A stretch of 59,029 nt of DNA, filler included, from Trypethelium eluteriae (taxonomy: Eukaryota): the NCBI GenBank assembly GCA_051942245.1. It is 2 parts of 2 records of this genome, joined end to end, with 100 filler letters (N's around TTAATTAATTAA, not from the genome) between each part and the next. Parts side by side here need not be neighbours in the genome. Positions count along the whole stretch, not along the records: positions 29,669 to 59,029 come from JAVECL010000293.1; 1 more part is not named here. One strand, written 5' to 3'. Each line of letters begins with the position of its first letter. Within the stretch, counting starts at the first letter, position 1. Made by a program: the position numbers and the translations under genes. Positions 33,104-45,500 of the stretch are shown here, in pieces. The notes beneath the pieces were generated by a model. That model saw nothing but the letters and a program-made list of their open reading frames with translations, was not told the origin of the DNA and made no database searches.

Positions 33104-34696
33104 TTAATTTTTCCTCTGTGTGAGATTAACCCACAATGGCTTCTTCTCCCATAGGCCGTAGGCTTTCTGATTAAGCCACTCTCCCTGTTCCCCCATCTTT
33201 GCCTCATCAAGACTTATGTCGAAATTCCAAAGAACCTTGCACATGATGAGTTTCGTTTCAGCATACGCCAAATTCTTTCCAATACAGTTGCGCGGTCCTA
33301 CACCGAAGGGCTGGTGGGCTGCCCTGTCATCATTCTCAAACACCGGATCACGGTTCTCAAGCCAGCGCTCCGGGATGAAGTCATCTGGGCGATAGAAATT
33401 GCTTTCGAGATGGTAAGAGGGGTGTTGTTGGACGTTTACGCTTGTCTTTGAATTGTTAGCCTGACGAATGACTGATTGAGAAGACTTATGAATACTTACG
33501 CCTGCGGGCACAAACTTCCCATTGATCATCGCTCCGCCATTTGGTACGATGCGAGCGATCTGGACCGGGACTGCGGGATAGACGCGTAGGCTTTCGTCCA
33601 TGACGGCAGGCAAATACTTCAATTGGCCAACATTGATAAGGTCCATGTCGTCACTCGATTTGTAGGCACTTCGGATTTCTTCAGTGAGTTTTGCGAGCTT
33701 ATCCGGATTCCGCGACAGCAAGTATGTCATGCCGCTCGACAGGGTAGCCACAGTATCAGATCCCGCAAAAACAAGCACAGCCGCATTATTCAACATTTCG
33801 CCTTTGGTCATTCCCTGGCCTCCTGCGTTGTCGTCTTCACTTTTGATCACGATCTTGTCCCAGAAGTCGCCTCGCTCGGATCCATATCGAAGTCGCGCTT
33901 CGACCTTTGTTTGCGTATACTGGAAGTTCCTAAGTCTCCCCTCAACGGTGCCCTTGGGCAAAAGGTAGGCCATCAAGAAACCAAAGCCGTAGAACTTGAA
34001 GATGTTGCCGGTCATCACATATCGAAGGTTGTCCCAGGTAGCGCGCATCCAGTCATGCGTCTTTTTGTCGCTCAGGGAGTGGAACGACTCCCCGAATGCC
34101 AGATCGCCAATAATATCAAATGCCGCTCTGGTGTACCAAAGAAGTACATCCTGAGATTGACCTGTTTCTGAGAGCTCTTGTAGTCGGGTAATCAACAAGT
34201 CCACATGCTCTTTGATACGTGGCTCCTGCTCGCGCATGCCTTTTTCGGAAAATGCATAGGATAAAAGTTTCCTGAAGCGAGCATGATTCTCCTTGTTAGC
34301 ACCAAGAATGCTCGGAATTTTATTTGGCGCAGAAGCTTGAAATATCGTGGTTTTGGACATTTCCGGCTGTCCTGGGCGATGGGCATAAACGTCTCTCCAG
34401 GCTTGGGAAGTTGCGTAAGAGAGCTCATCGGGAGCTATCCGAATGCAAGGACCATATTTTTTATGGAATTCGAGCATTTTGTCGTTGTTGTCTCCAATAA
34501 CTTGATGATAGGCCCACGGGAGACGGAGCGCCGCCCATGACTTCGGACCGGGGTAGGAACGGAGAGGATGAAGGAAAAGGTTGTAGCCGATGTAGGACAC
34601 AAGGTAAATGGAGGCTGCGGAGAACAGAGCAAGCACTGAAGCGCCTAGTAGCTTGATGTTGCTGTCGAAGAAATCCATTGATCTCGAGGAATCCAT
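33104..34696 (-). CDS. Cytochrome P450 monooxygenase (CYP65/Tri11-like type), one 54-nt intron (33499-33446)
   Basis: N-terminal TM plus HPLRSYPGP, I-helix AGSDTVAT, ExxR (ESLR), PERW, and heme motif PFGVGPRNCIG. Intron GTAAGT...GCTAAC...AAG. The start is ATG 34696 or the next in-frame ATG. Confidence 0.93.
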   Translation of the reverse strand: MDSSRSMDFFDSNIKLLGASVLALFSAASIYLVSYIGYNLFLHPLRSYPGPKSWAALRLPWAYHQVIGDNNDKMLEFHKKYGPCIRIAPDELSYATSQAWRDVYAHRPGQPEMSKTTIFQASAPNKIPSILGANKENHARFRKLLSYAFSEKGMREQEPRIKEHVDLLITRLQELSETGQSQDVLLWYTRAAFDIIGDLAFGESFHSLSDKKTHDWMRATWDNLRYVMTGNIFKFYGFGFLMAYLLPKGTVEGRLRNFQYTQTKVEARLRYGSERGDFWDKIVIKSEDDNAGGQGMTKGEMLNNAAVLVFAGSDTVATLSSGMTYLLSRNPDKLAKLTEEIRSAYKSSDDMDLINVGQLKYLPAVMDESLRVYPAVPVQIARIVPNGGAMINGKFVPAGVSIHKSSQSVIRQANNSKTSVNVQQHPSYHLESNFYRPDDFIPERWLENRDPVFENDDRAAHQPFGVGPRNCIGKNLAYAETKLIMCKVLWNFDISLDEAKMGEQGEWLNQKAYGLWEKKPLWVNLTQRKN

Positions 34697-36555
34697 GGCT
34701 GGCACGTCCGATTTGGATGTCTTTTCAAAGAAATCTTGCGGGACTCATGAAAATGTTGAACTGGAAAAACGCACGGGACAGTGCAGAGAATGGAAGAGGC
34801 GACCTACATAGGAGACGCGGGTACAAGAGAGCATTCTTCTCAAGTAGCGAGGGCGATAGAGTCATGTTTCATGTTCTTAAAGTCCGGAGTCCGAAGAAAC
34901 TTTTCAAGTGCTGATGTTGGATAGCAATCGTAGCTGCAGACAAGGGAGATCGGCATCGCTTGTAAGATCTAACGTGAAAAGGGAAGCTTGGGGGGCAAGA
35001 CCGGAGATCACCAGTGATAGTGAGCAGGCCTCTTATGCTGTGGATTAGTAGGCTGCTAATTCGGGCCCCGATTCGAGATGAAATCCCTGGAACGTGAGGT
35101 GGCGTTGGTGGGGTGAGGTTTTCATGCGGCTTTAGGTGCCTCTTCCTTGTCTGTTGCTCCAATGCCTTCAACCCCAGTCTGCCAAGCTCGCCTCTGATCG
35201 AATTTCTTCGGTTTCCTTCGGTAGCGACACATGGATAAATAATTCTGGCTCAAGACAGATTTCCGAGAGGCTTTCTGACCAAATCTTCCACGGAGAAAAT
35301 CGAGGACTTGTCTACGGTTCACATCTCTAACACTTGTCTGACGTGACGTATGAAGTCGCCAAGGAATTTTGGCCACCCTAAATCTCGCCTAATTAAGCGA
35401 GCCCCGCGGCTTGCTAAGCATAAAAGAGCCAGTTATGGTACAAAATCTCTAGAATGCTTCCGATCAAGACACTTTAGACCCCAAAATAACTGAACATTGG
35501 AGATTAAAGACTCGCAAATGTCCGCGAGATTGATATGAGGCAAAAGGATCCAACACAATCTGCAATGAAGCCAACAACAATGTATGGGGTATCCTCACTC
35601 ATTCTCGCGATTTGATTATTTTTCCGTTCCGAAGCCTCTGGGCGGCCCGCACCGGTGATTCGGTCGGTGAACCGATCCGATGGTCCGAGCGATGCTTCGA
35701 GCCATGGACAAGGGCAATAAGCTTGAGCGTCCTCTCAGTTACATCTTTTCCTCCGGAGCACATGGTGTATGTAACATATAGATACGATCTGCTTTCACTT
35801 ATGAACCCCACCAGCATCGACATTCTAGAAACTACAAGTTCCATAAGGAAAGTCTCCCATGCCATATGAACCCAAGTCTCTTTCGTTACTCTAGTAGGCG
35901 TATGCATTTCCATCTCTTTGCTTGAACGAACCAAGAAGGATAGTTCGGGATGAGGCTTGAATAGTAGCGGTGCTTACTCTACATTTTTTGGTTAGACGAT
36001 GGCTGATAAGCGAGTGCGTCTACTTTTGGACTTTACCGTATTTGCTAAATTTACAGAGTATCTCTGCAAGCACTTGATAACTAATGACTTACGCAGAGGC
36101 AGCTAGTATCTATGTATTTAAAGTCAAGCAACGTCTCGCCTTTTGCGGAACACTGGTGGACTAAAATTTATTTCCTCAGCAGGAGACATCTTCGGACGGC
36201 TTTCTTGGATATTTTTTTACATGGCTCAGCGTGGTGACGCCCAGCACGTCTATACGGCTGAGAAGCGGGAATGCGAGAAAGTCGCAATGGTTGTGGACGA
36301 TGTCGAAGTCGTGCGCAGGCAGCGACCTTTCCCGGCATGGCGATATGAAGAGCAACTTTGCCATGTACTTCCGTGTCTAGGCGTGGTATCCAAGACCAGG
36401 ACGCTCCCAGCTGTCATAGCAGCATTCGGAGCAGTGATCCACGTGAATGTTTTGATGGATAAGGTAAGTATTTAGCTACCTGGGTATGTATGTAAAATTA
36501 GGTGCTGTGTGCCTTTGTCTTTGCTCGAGCCGTAAAACTAGCATCATGTTGCACT

Positions 36556-39500
36556 TCAAGACCCTATGTCAACTACTTCGGTAAACCACTGTCTCAAGGC
36601 TCCTGCCAGGACCCCAGGTAGCTCCACAACGTCCCTCACAATGAGATAGTACTGGAACGGAAATGTATCCAGGTACCTTCTGAGCTCGACCTTCATCTCG
36701 CCTTTCTCATCTGGCACAAAATCTGCCTTTTGTAGCTCCATAATGCCCTCGTTCTTCCCTTTCGCAGCTGCATCCACGATCACAAACAAGATCATGATTC
36801 GCTCTTCCTGCGCTTTTCGCACCAAGCGCTTGATGCCCAGATGATCATCACACACCCCATCGCTTATGATGATCTGCAACTGCCAAAGCTCCGAAGAAGA
36901 GCCGCTTGTCCTGAGCCTCGCTTCCCGGAATAAGGTCAAAGAATCTTGCAAGAGTAATCGAACGTTGGTCTTCCCCTGCTTGAACCCGAAGTGTTTGAAT
37001 ACTTCTGCACCCGCATCACCCGTGAATGGCGTCTCAAAATCATGTGCGACCTGCACAGTTTCACCAAACGCAACAACGCTGAGTTCGCCGGCCTCTAGCA
37101 TGCTTAGCGCTCGCGAGATGAGCGTTACGGTGGTAAGCGCGAGCTGTCCTCCACCGCTTTCGTTCATACTACTGCTGTCATCAATCGCTAGCATGATCTG
37201 GTATGCACGCTTCGAAGGCACGGAACGACGCATCCAGATCTTGTCGCGCTTGTATTGGGACGCAACATATGGGATGATTCGCTTCATGTTGAGTCGCTTG
37301 CCTGTGCGGAAGTCACCACGCATCTTGGTGGCACGAGTCGGAGTCAGAATTAGTCGAAGGTGTTCGGTCAATGCCAAGGACAGTATGCGAGTGGCAGTCT
37401 CACAACGAGACCAGAGCGCACGCGCTTGTTCAAGCGATAGAGGCCCTGATGATGGTTGAGACGAATCAAGAGTGGTATTAGCATCCGGAATCAGTTCTTG
37501 GTCTTCGTGATCACGATCTTCGTCGATGTGCATGTCTTCGTCGAGTTCTGCATCAAAGTTTTCCGTGCGCTCGCCAACAAGTGCGTTTGGTTGATACGGA
37601 GAGTTAGTAGGCTCCTTCGGTGTCGTTGTCTCAACTGGCTCTCCATCTTCCTCCGCTCCACCTTCAGCGTCTTGCTCCTCCTCTGCTTCGAATGGTCGAT
37701 CTTGTAGAGTTTCATAATCCAGGCTATCCACAGCTTTGCTGGTATCCACTGCAGTTGCTTCATCCTCTGTTGCTGAGCCCAGGGCTTGAGTGTCGTGGAC
37801 TTCATCATTGTCCTGTAAATGTTGGAACTCAGTATTCGCCATTTCCGTATCTTGGTCTGTAAGCTGGCGGGTGGCATCTTGTGTCTCTTTGCTTGATTCG
37901 TGAATAGCTCGCTGTTGTCTATACCATCGTTCTAAGGCATCTCCAAATCTCTTGAAAGCCTGATTCTCCTGGGTAATGTCTTGCAACTCCGGCAATTGGG
38001 AGCCAGACTCGTGCATTGGCAGATGTCCGAGCTGACCGTCCGGCCTCGAAACTACTTGTTCATCATCAGCTGCGCCTGCTCCCTCGTTCTTCTCTGTTAC
38101 AGTGGTTCCAGGCTCTTCTTTTTCATCTCCATTCCGGGCTTCGTCATTGCCGAACTCATCACCTTGGAAGGTGTCTTCAGTAGCTGTAGTGTCATTGTGG
38201 TTCGGCATGGTGTGTTCTTGTTCATTCGTAGCATCTAGAGCAAGGTTAGCACATTCTTCACGACCAAGAAATCTGCGTGCGGACTTGCCTGGAGTTCTAG
38301 CTTCTTCTCCTTCTTCGTCGCCATCGAGAGGGTTCGCTCCCGCATCTGGCTTGTTATCCTCATCCGCTTCGCTCAATCCATCACCATCACTGACGCTCTC
38401 ATGATCTTGTTCAAATTTCTGGTCATGGTCAATTGCATCATTATCAGCTTGCTCAGCCTCACTCGCTTGGTCTTCGAAATCCATGCCAGCTTCTGAGTCG
38501 GACGGAAGCTCTTCGTCGTCGCCATTCTGCCCTATCTGGAGATTCTCAGGCAGATCCAGCTTTTCCTCTTGATGAGGATGCTCTAGCTCTGCCTCCTCTG
38601 GCTGTTGTCCATCTGGCACCTCTGCATCTTCACCCATTACGTCATCCATATCTTCATCATGTTGGAGGTCGCCCTGCTGTTGGTTGTTGGCAGCTACCTG
38701 CTCATCATTTTCCTTTGAGCCTTTTCCCTTATCGTCGGCTTTTCTGTTCTCCATATCTTTCTCCGCAGCTTCATCCCACACCTTCTCGTCCACTGCAGAT
38801 GCGCCCAAGTCATCTACAGAACCTATCTCGCTATCGATATCCTGCTGCGAACCCTCTTGGGCCTCCTCTGTTTCTCCACCTTCGTCATCACTTGCCTCCA
38901 CTTGCTCAATCTGTCCTTCTAATTCATCGGCCATCTCCACGGCATCCTTCTCGTCCTCAAATTCGTCTCCATGTTGGTTGTCATTCGGCTGTTGAGCTAG
39001 CTCTTCAAGATCCTCATCACCATTCATATCTTTGCTAATGTCCTCTGCACCCTCCATTGCATCGCCCTCTCCAAGACCTGTACCTCCCTCAATCTTGTCC
39101 ATTTGTTCTGCCTGTCCACCAGATGTGTCGGCGGGAGTACAAAATCCTTGTGTTGCGATTTGTACAAAGGATTTAGCGAGAATGTGTGACATTCTGCAGG
39201 TAGCGCAGTGTAGAGCAAAAAATCTGTCCAGGTTTTCTTGATAAATGTGGCGATACTGCTGGAGAATCGGGAGAAGGACGGTGACAAGGGCTGCTGCCCG
39301 ATGCAAGTCATCAAGTTCGAGGGAATGGAGACTATCAAGAAGCGATTGCCAAGCCGGTATAAGTGAGGCAGCATTCAGGCTGGACATACAATTCTCGAGG
39401 GCATCTTCGGCTTTGAGGAGCCATTGTGAATCTTCGGTGGATGAGGGTACGGTGAAGAACGCTTTCTCTAGATCTTGTACTGCCGCGAGTATCTGGTCGC

Positions 39501-42500
39501 TCAGACTAGTAAGATCCTCGAAAATCTGGTCGGGAGCGAGCTCATTATCTTCGGTGCCGCGTGATCCGAGTAGGTCACCGCTTAGAATCGTCCAGGGCTT
39601 CATGTGATCTACAAGATAGGCTACCTGAGGCTGGTCTCGATAAAAAGTATCCAGATATCCCCTGAACTCTTCCAGCATAGCTCGAGCCATCTCCTCACCT
39701 TCCAGAATCGACAGACTTCTTAGCTGTTGAGGAGGAGATAAATCCTGCACCATAACCACTGAAACCTCGAGAAACCTGTTTCTCCAGTCTGCTAAACTGT
39801 GGCAGACTTCGGGGAATCTCAGCGAACCCAACTTCTCTTGAGCTTGTAGTACAGATATTGCTACTTCAATCATCGACGGGACCCATCTAATTGCTTGATG
39901 AAGACCAAATGCATTCGTTCGAGCCTCCTTTGATGGTTCCACAGCACAGGAACCTTGTTGCCAAAGGGTCGCAACTTGATCGCAGACTCGAGTAATAGCA
40001 GCATAATCCTGCAAAGACTCGGCGATAGCTTGTCGCTGTCGGATAACGGCATTTAGCATGCTCTCCAGATGCGCTGTGCTTCGGGTGATCTCAGCACCAG
40101 TAATGTCCTCTGAGTGCTCCCTTGATGCCTGGCGGACCTTCGGCATGTATCCAAGAAACTGCAAGAAATGGAATTGTGAAGGGCGCATCTTTTGATCAGA
40201 CTCAAAAGGCAGGGGAGGTACGCTGGCGAAAACTTTGTGCATTGAGTCTTGCTCGACAAGGATATCCGTGCTTAGACTACTCTTGAATCCCATTTGCCGT
40301 ACTTCTCGTAGCACATCCGCGAAAAGTTTTCGCTTTCGAGTTTTGAGATGCTTGAGTGCTGCTTTGTTGTCTTCCGTCAGCTTGGCGGGCGTTGCCCTAC
40401 GAAGCTGGGAAATCGATGTCTCTGTGTCCCTCATGAATGAATCTAGATGAGCTGGGATATCCAGGATGTTCCGCCAAGTGCTTTTGTCCCGCATTCTTGA
40501 GACGGTAGCAGAAATATTCTTGAACCGAGATGGCAGAGCAGATAATTCCGATTCACAGGCAGAGTGAGCCGAGGAGTCTTCGAGGGGATCTGCAGTAGCT
40601 GTGTTGCTGGCGGTGAGTCCGACCTGAAAGTCTTCCACGTATGATGAGTTGTCGGGTAGTCCAGTATGGATGAGGCTGTCCACGGGCTCCCCAAGTATAG
40701 CTCTAAACTTCCGCACAACTTTGAACAACCTTCGGTGCGATGCTTTTGAGCTTTCTCGCAGCGAGTCGACATTGCGATCCTTCCAGCTCGCGAGTTTGAT
40801 TACGTCCTGTATGTCTTTCTCTAAGGACTTCCTTCTTTCGGTTATTCTAGCTTGAATGGGCTGCACGAATTGTCTGAAGTAGTTGATCAGATTGGCCAAA
40901 GCCCCGCGAACAGGTTCGAACTCGGGCTCGATCGTGACAAGGAAGGCAAGATGCGCTTGGAATTGCTGGAGTAGTCTGACTCGCGTCTCGAATTGTCCGA
41001 GTGTCGTATTGATGAGAAAGCCTTCTAGCGTCTTTAGTAGCTGTCGTGTGTGGTCTTCAATGTTTAGCTCCTCCTCATCAGACTCAATAAGAGATGTCGG
41101 ATTAACGATAAGATTCTCATACGCCACAAACCACCACATTTTCGCGTCCTCTGCTGCTCTGAGCTTTTCAGCATCTAACATTACGGCCCAAGTCGAAAGC
41201 TCCAACTGTCTCCAGTGAATGATGAGGCTAGTAAGCTCCAAATATACACTCTCCGCGCTCCATTCCCTACTGGCGATGGCTTGCCATTGGTTGACTGTCA
41301 TGTGAAGCTTCTCGGCCTTTGTTAGAAACTTTGCGACCGGCTCGATGTGACGGAACGCGAGGGCCTCTTCGCAGATCCGTAATACTTCAATGGGCGTAGC
41401 TTGCTCCGGCCAAGCATTGTGTATCTCGGTGAAGCGGCGCTGCGCATGGTTCACCAAAGAGATGAGTTGTTTTGCCTCAACAATGTTGGCCGTTGTGTAG
41501 AAGTTACTCTTTCCCACGGCGCCATCGCTTCTTAATGTGTCTTTTTGCGAGGAAAGTGTGAGGAATACTGTTGGGAGTGCATTGGCCATGCTCACGGCTT
41601 TGGACCCTACAAAAACGTTGGATAGTCGCCGCGGTGTCTTCATTAGAAGACTCTCAAGTCCGAGAGAGTGATTTGCCGAACCCATAAACAGTGCTTCATG
41701 TATATCCGTAAGTTCTCTGGCCATGACTTTTGGATCATAGGAAGTCGAGAGGGCTGAACCTGAGTTGCTGCTGATTTCATGATTAGGGAACAACTCGTCG
41801 AACTCTTCTTGATCGAATGACTCGTTCTCTTCATCGCCTCCGCGATACCTATACAAGCTTGATTTAGCTGCGGCTTTTTCTTTATCAACTTGCAAGTTAC
41901 TTTTCCAATCGCGGAAAAGAAGGTTTAAACAACGGGACATCGCGATTTGATATTCGACCGGTAGTTGACCTTGAATAGATCGATGAACCGCTAGTACCTC
42001 AAGAGCATGCGTGCACACGCTGAAATCATTAATTTCCGCCCTCTGAAACAAGGCGGAAACACGGTCTGGAGTTCCAGTCAAGAATGGTGTCATCATCAGT
42101 AGTGGCGCTGCATGGTGCGATCCTTCAAGTGAGAGTTTGCTTCTCTGTTCACCAAGCAGTGAACCGACTTGAAGGCACTGCAAAAAACCGACAACAGGTT
42201 CTGCAAGATCATCGTACAAGCGATGCTCCGATAACCTTCGAATCAGCTGCGACAAGTTCTGTTGAAGTGCCGGTTCCAGTCCAGCGCCGATGCCGTTGCG
42301 GAGGAGGCTGTTCACCAAGTCCAGGACATTCGTGAAATCACCGAATAAATTGGTAAATGCAGAGCGTGTAGGTCTCACAATTGCAGGCACGGACGGCGCA
42401 GCTCCCTGTAAAGCATGCTCTTCTTCCAGTAAGCGGATGCGCATGCTTGTAGAAGTGCCTGCAAATTCTCGCTCGAACGTGCAAAGAGCGTTAATTTGCT

Positions 42501-45500
42501 TCTCAAGATCTCGAGTGTTCTTTTGCCAGATCTCTTTCTCGACGATTGGACCGAGCGCGGGGTCATACGGCTTATCTGGGACAAACAGGAGCAGGCAGCC
42601 AATCCCAAATTGTGTCCACGCATTCGAGGCAGCTTCCGTACGGTTAGGGTGTGTCGCCGAGCTGAAGTAAGCAAAGACATCTTGGAACTGATTATTGAAG
42701 ATATCGCGACAATGTACATCGTTCCGGAAAAGATCTTGACTTTCCCCTGCGGTTCTTCTCGCAAATGCGTGGATATCAATCTCCTGAGGAGCTCTAAGGG
42801 CCCTCAGAACAGTCTGAAAGAGGGATGCAAGAAGCTCATCTAGGGGGGAAACTGTATTTCTGCAAAGCAGAGGCGTATCCCGAGCAAGAAGTTGACCTAA
42901 GTAATTTGCCTCATACTCAAGCATTTCGCTCCCCTTCAAAGAGACTTCAGAAATATGAAGTGATATCTTTTCTATTAGAGAATATGACAGATCTTCTCTT
43001 AGAGCAAAAGCAATGGGAGGGCCTGTCCTACAATAACCGAGGTAGCTGTTTAAAGACGCCAGCTTAGACAACGACTTGGACTTTGCCGCGGATTTTGTAG
43101 TTCGTTGGGCGAGAACTGCAGATATGGTTTGAGAAGCTTCTCCATTTATATCGTGGATTTGACAAATGGCTTCGAACTCGCTGGAAAAGAAAGGTTCAAT
43201 TGTGTCCGCGGAAGGACCTGATCTTGGGTCTGCAAAATCGTCAAGGGAATTGGGGAGGGTATCAAAATTCACAGCATGACTACCAAACAAAAGTCTCATA
43301 GCGTCGGCAAAGGAATCCCGTATTCTGGCAGTCTCGAGCAATGATGTCCGCGTACTCATCATGCATGTTTTGTCGAACGTGTCGGCTAGATTCTCAAGTC
43401 GTAATAAGGTTTGCAGGGCCTTGTGGCTGGCCACTCTTTGCGGAGATTCGAACAATCTCCACAGTGGTTCTATCGCTCGACCTGTTGATAATGCCAAGAA
43501 ACCTTCGAGCTTGTCCATACTAGCCCGTGCGGTTTCCAATAGATCACCATCACATTCTGCCTGGGAAGCGCTCGTGATCTTCGATTTCCCGACCTTGAGG
43601 AGTGCCTGATAGCGAGGCTCGTCAAAGTCCTCAACTGACAGCATCTCAAAGATATTCCACCAGAAGCGTAGAACAACTTTGATCCATTGGACATTAGCCT
43701 GCTGAATCGAATGGTTCTTAAGCATCCTAAGCACGCCTGTTTTTGTAATTTGATGTATATCCAGTAATACTTTATAAATGCCATAGGTCGAGTCTTGAAA
43801 TGCACCAGGAATACGTGAAGCCGCAATTGAACGAAAAAGGCGAGATGTAGTTGGCAGTCCAGCATCTGCGGAGAGGGCCCGATTTAGGGCGCTTTCCATG
43901 TCGGAGAGGTTGCGTAGCAAATCGTATATAGAGAATAGGAAAGTGGCTCGTTTCACGGAGTCGCTTCGGCGTACGAGAGCCTCGTTGTTGATCGGCATAA
44001 TGGTCTATGGGATATCAGTATCGGAATTTTTATCTCCAGCAGGGACCAAATCAGCTAACCTGTGCATCTGAGGAAGGAAACAGTGCAATGGGCGCAGAAA
44101 CTTGGTTGTAGAAAGTAGAAATAGACTCGGAATAATCTGGATGAGGTACGATGGATTGTGTCAGAAGAAAGTCGGGAGACTGTCCACCAGACCTTGATCG
44201 AGAGGCTCCAGAAGTGGAAAATTCACTATCATCGGACAGCGAAAGATGATCGAGAGCAATAGTCTTGATTAGTTTGCGTTCTTGCTCGTCATTTCGTGAT
44301 TGACCCGTTGTCTTAAGATAGTTCCGGAAGCGATAAAGAGAAGACTCAAAAGGAAACAGACAGGACTGTGATGCTCGGCTAGTCTCGGAGTGCGATGCAA
44401 TGTTTAATTCAACAGCTCTGTTCCTCATCGCTCGTGAGAGTTCGCCATATCTTGGATCTACAGTAAAGAAGACTCTGAAATCGGGATGGGGTTTTACTAT
44501 CCTTGGCTCACCATCTTTGCCAGGATGTTCATTGACCAAGAGAACTCCATTTGGCTCTAAGAGTGGATTTAGTCGATCTAAGACAGAGGAACTGCAAAGA
44601 TTTGCGTTATCGAAGACTAGCCATCTGCCTTGTTCCATGGCTTGGACTAGAATGCCATCGACCCATGCGAACCGAGCTTTGTCTACATGCAGTGGAGCGT
44701 GGGCTGCTCGATCAAGCTGGGTCAAGAAAGAAGTTACCGAAGCCGCAAGGTTTGGGTTCACGAGATTGTAGACTTCTTTTCTTAACTGGATGATCTTTTC
44801 CGAAGTCCAAGCTGAAGCGGATAAATATCTGAGAGCTTCAAGTAAACGAGTTACTGAATGCTCGCTTCTGCTGTCCATTGGCTCGGAGAGCTGTTGCACG
44901 AGCAAATTTCGAGCAAAAGTTTCTACGGAAGCGACAATGCGATGAAATGGACGGAGAGGGTCAACCTGTTCATAAGCACCTACTAAATCCATAGCATCAA
45001 TGTCGGCACTCATCGAGAAGATGAGTGGATCTGTGCCTACGGACGCAGCAAGTCGCTTCAAAAGATTTGTCTTGCCTGTTCCTGTTGAACCAGACAATAT
45101 CACGGGCCAATTGCGCTGCACACAAATCATTAGAGACTCCATGATAGGTAGCTGCAGTGGCAGAAGAGCAGCATGCCAGTCGGTCGGTGTATTGTCAATG
45201 TCAACGCGGCGAGCCATTAACCCTAGTCCAACTTGGCATGTGCTAGGGCTCAGGTTGTGGTAATAGTTGCGATACAAGTTAGCATTTGGGAAACATGAAG
45301 AGAAGATCTTGTGTACAGACTCGCGGTCTGAAGAATTACGAAAGCGAAGAACGAACAGGGTATCAAGAAATTCAAACGGTCCACCGGCGCCTAGTAAGGA
45401 TTCATTAGAGGTTATCAGTTGCAGCCAGCGTAGGGTATCTCGAAGGTTAAATTCCCAAGGCCCTCCTTGAGTTCCGAAGCGCCTGTGTTGTACAACCTGG

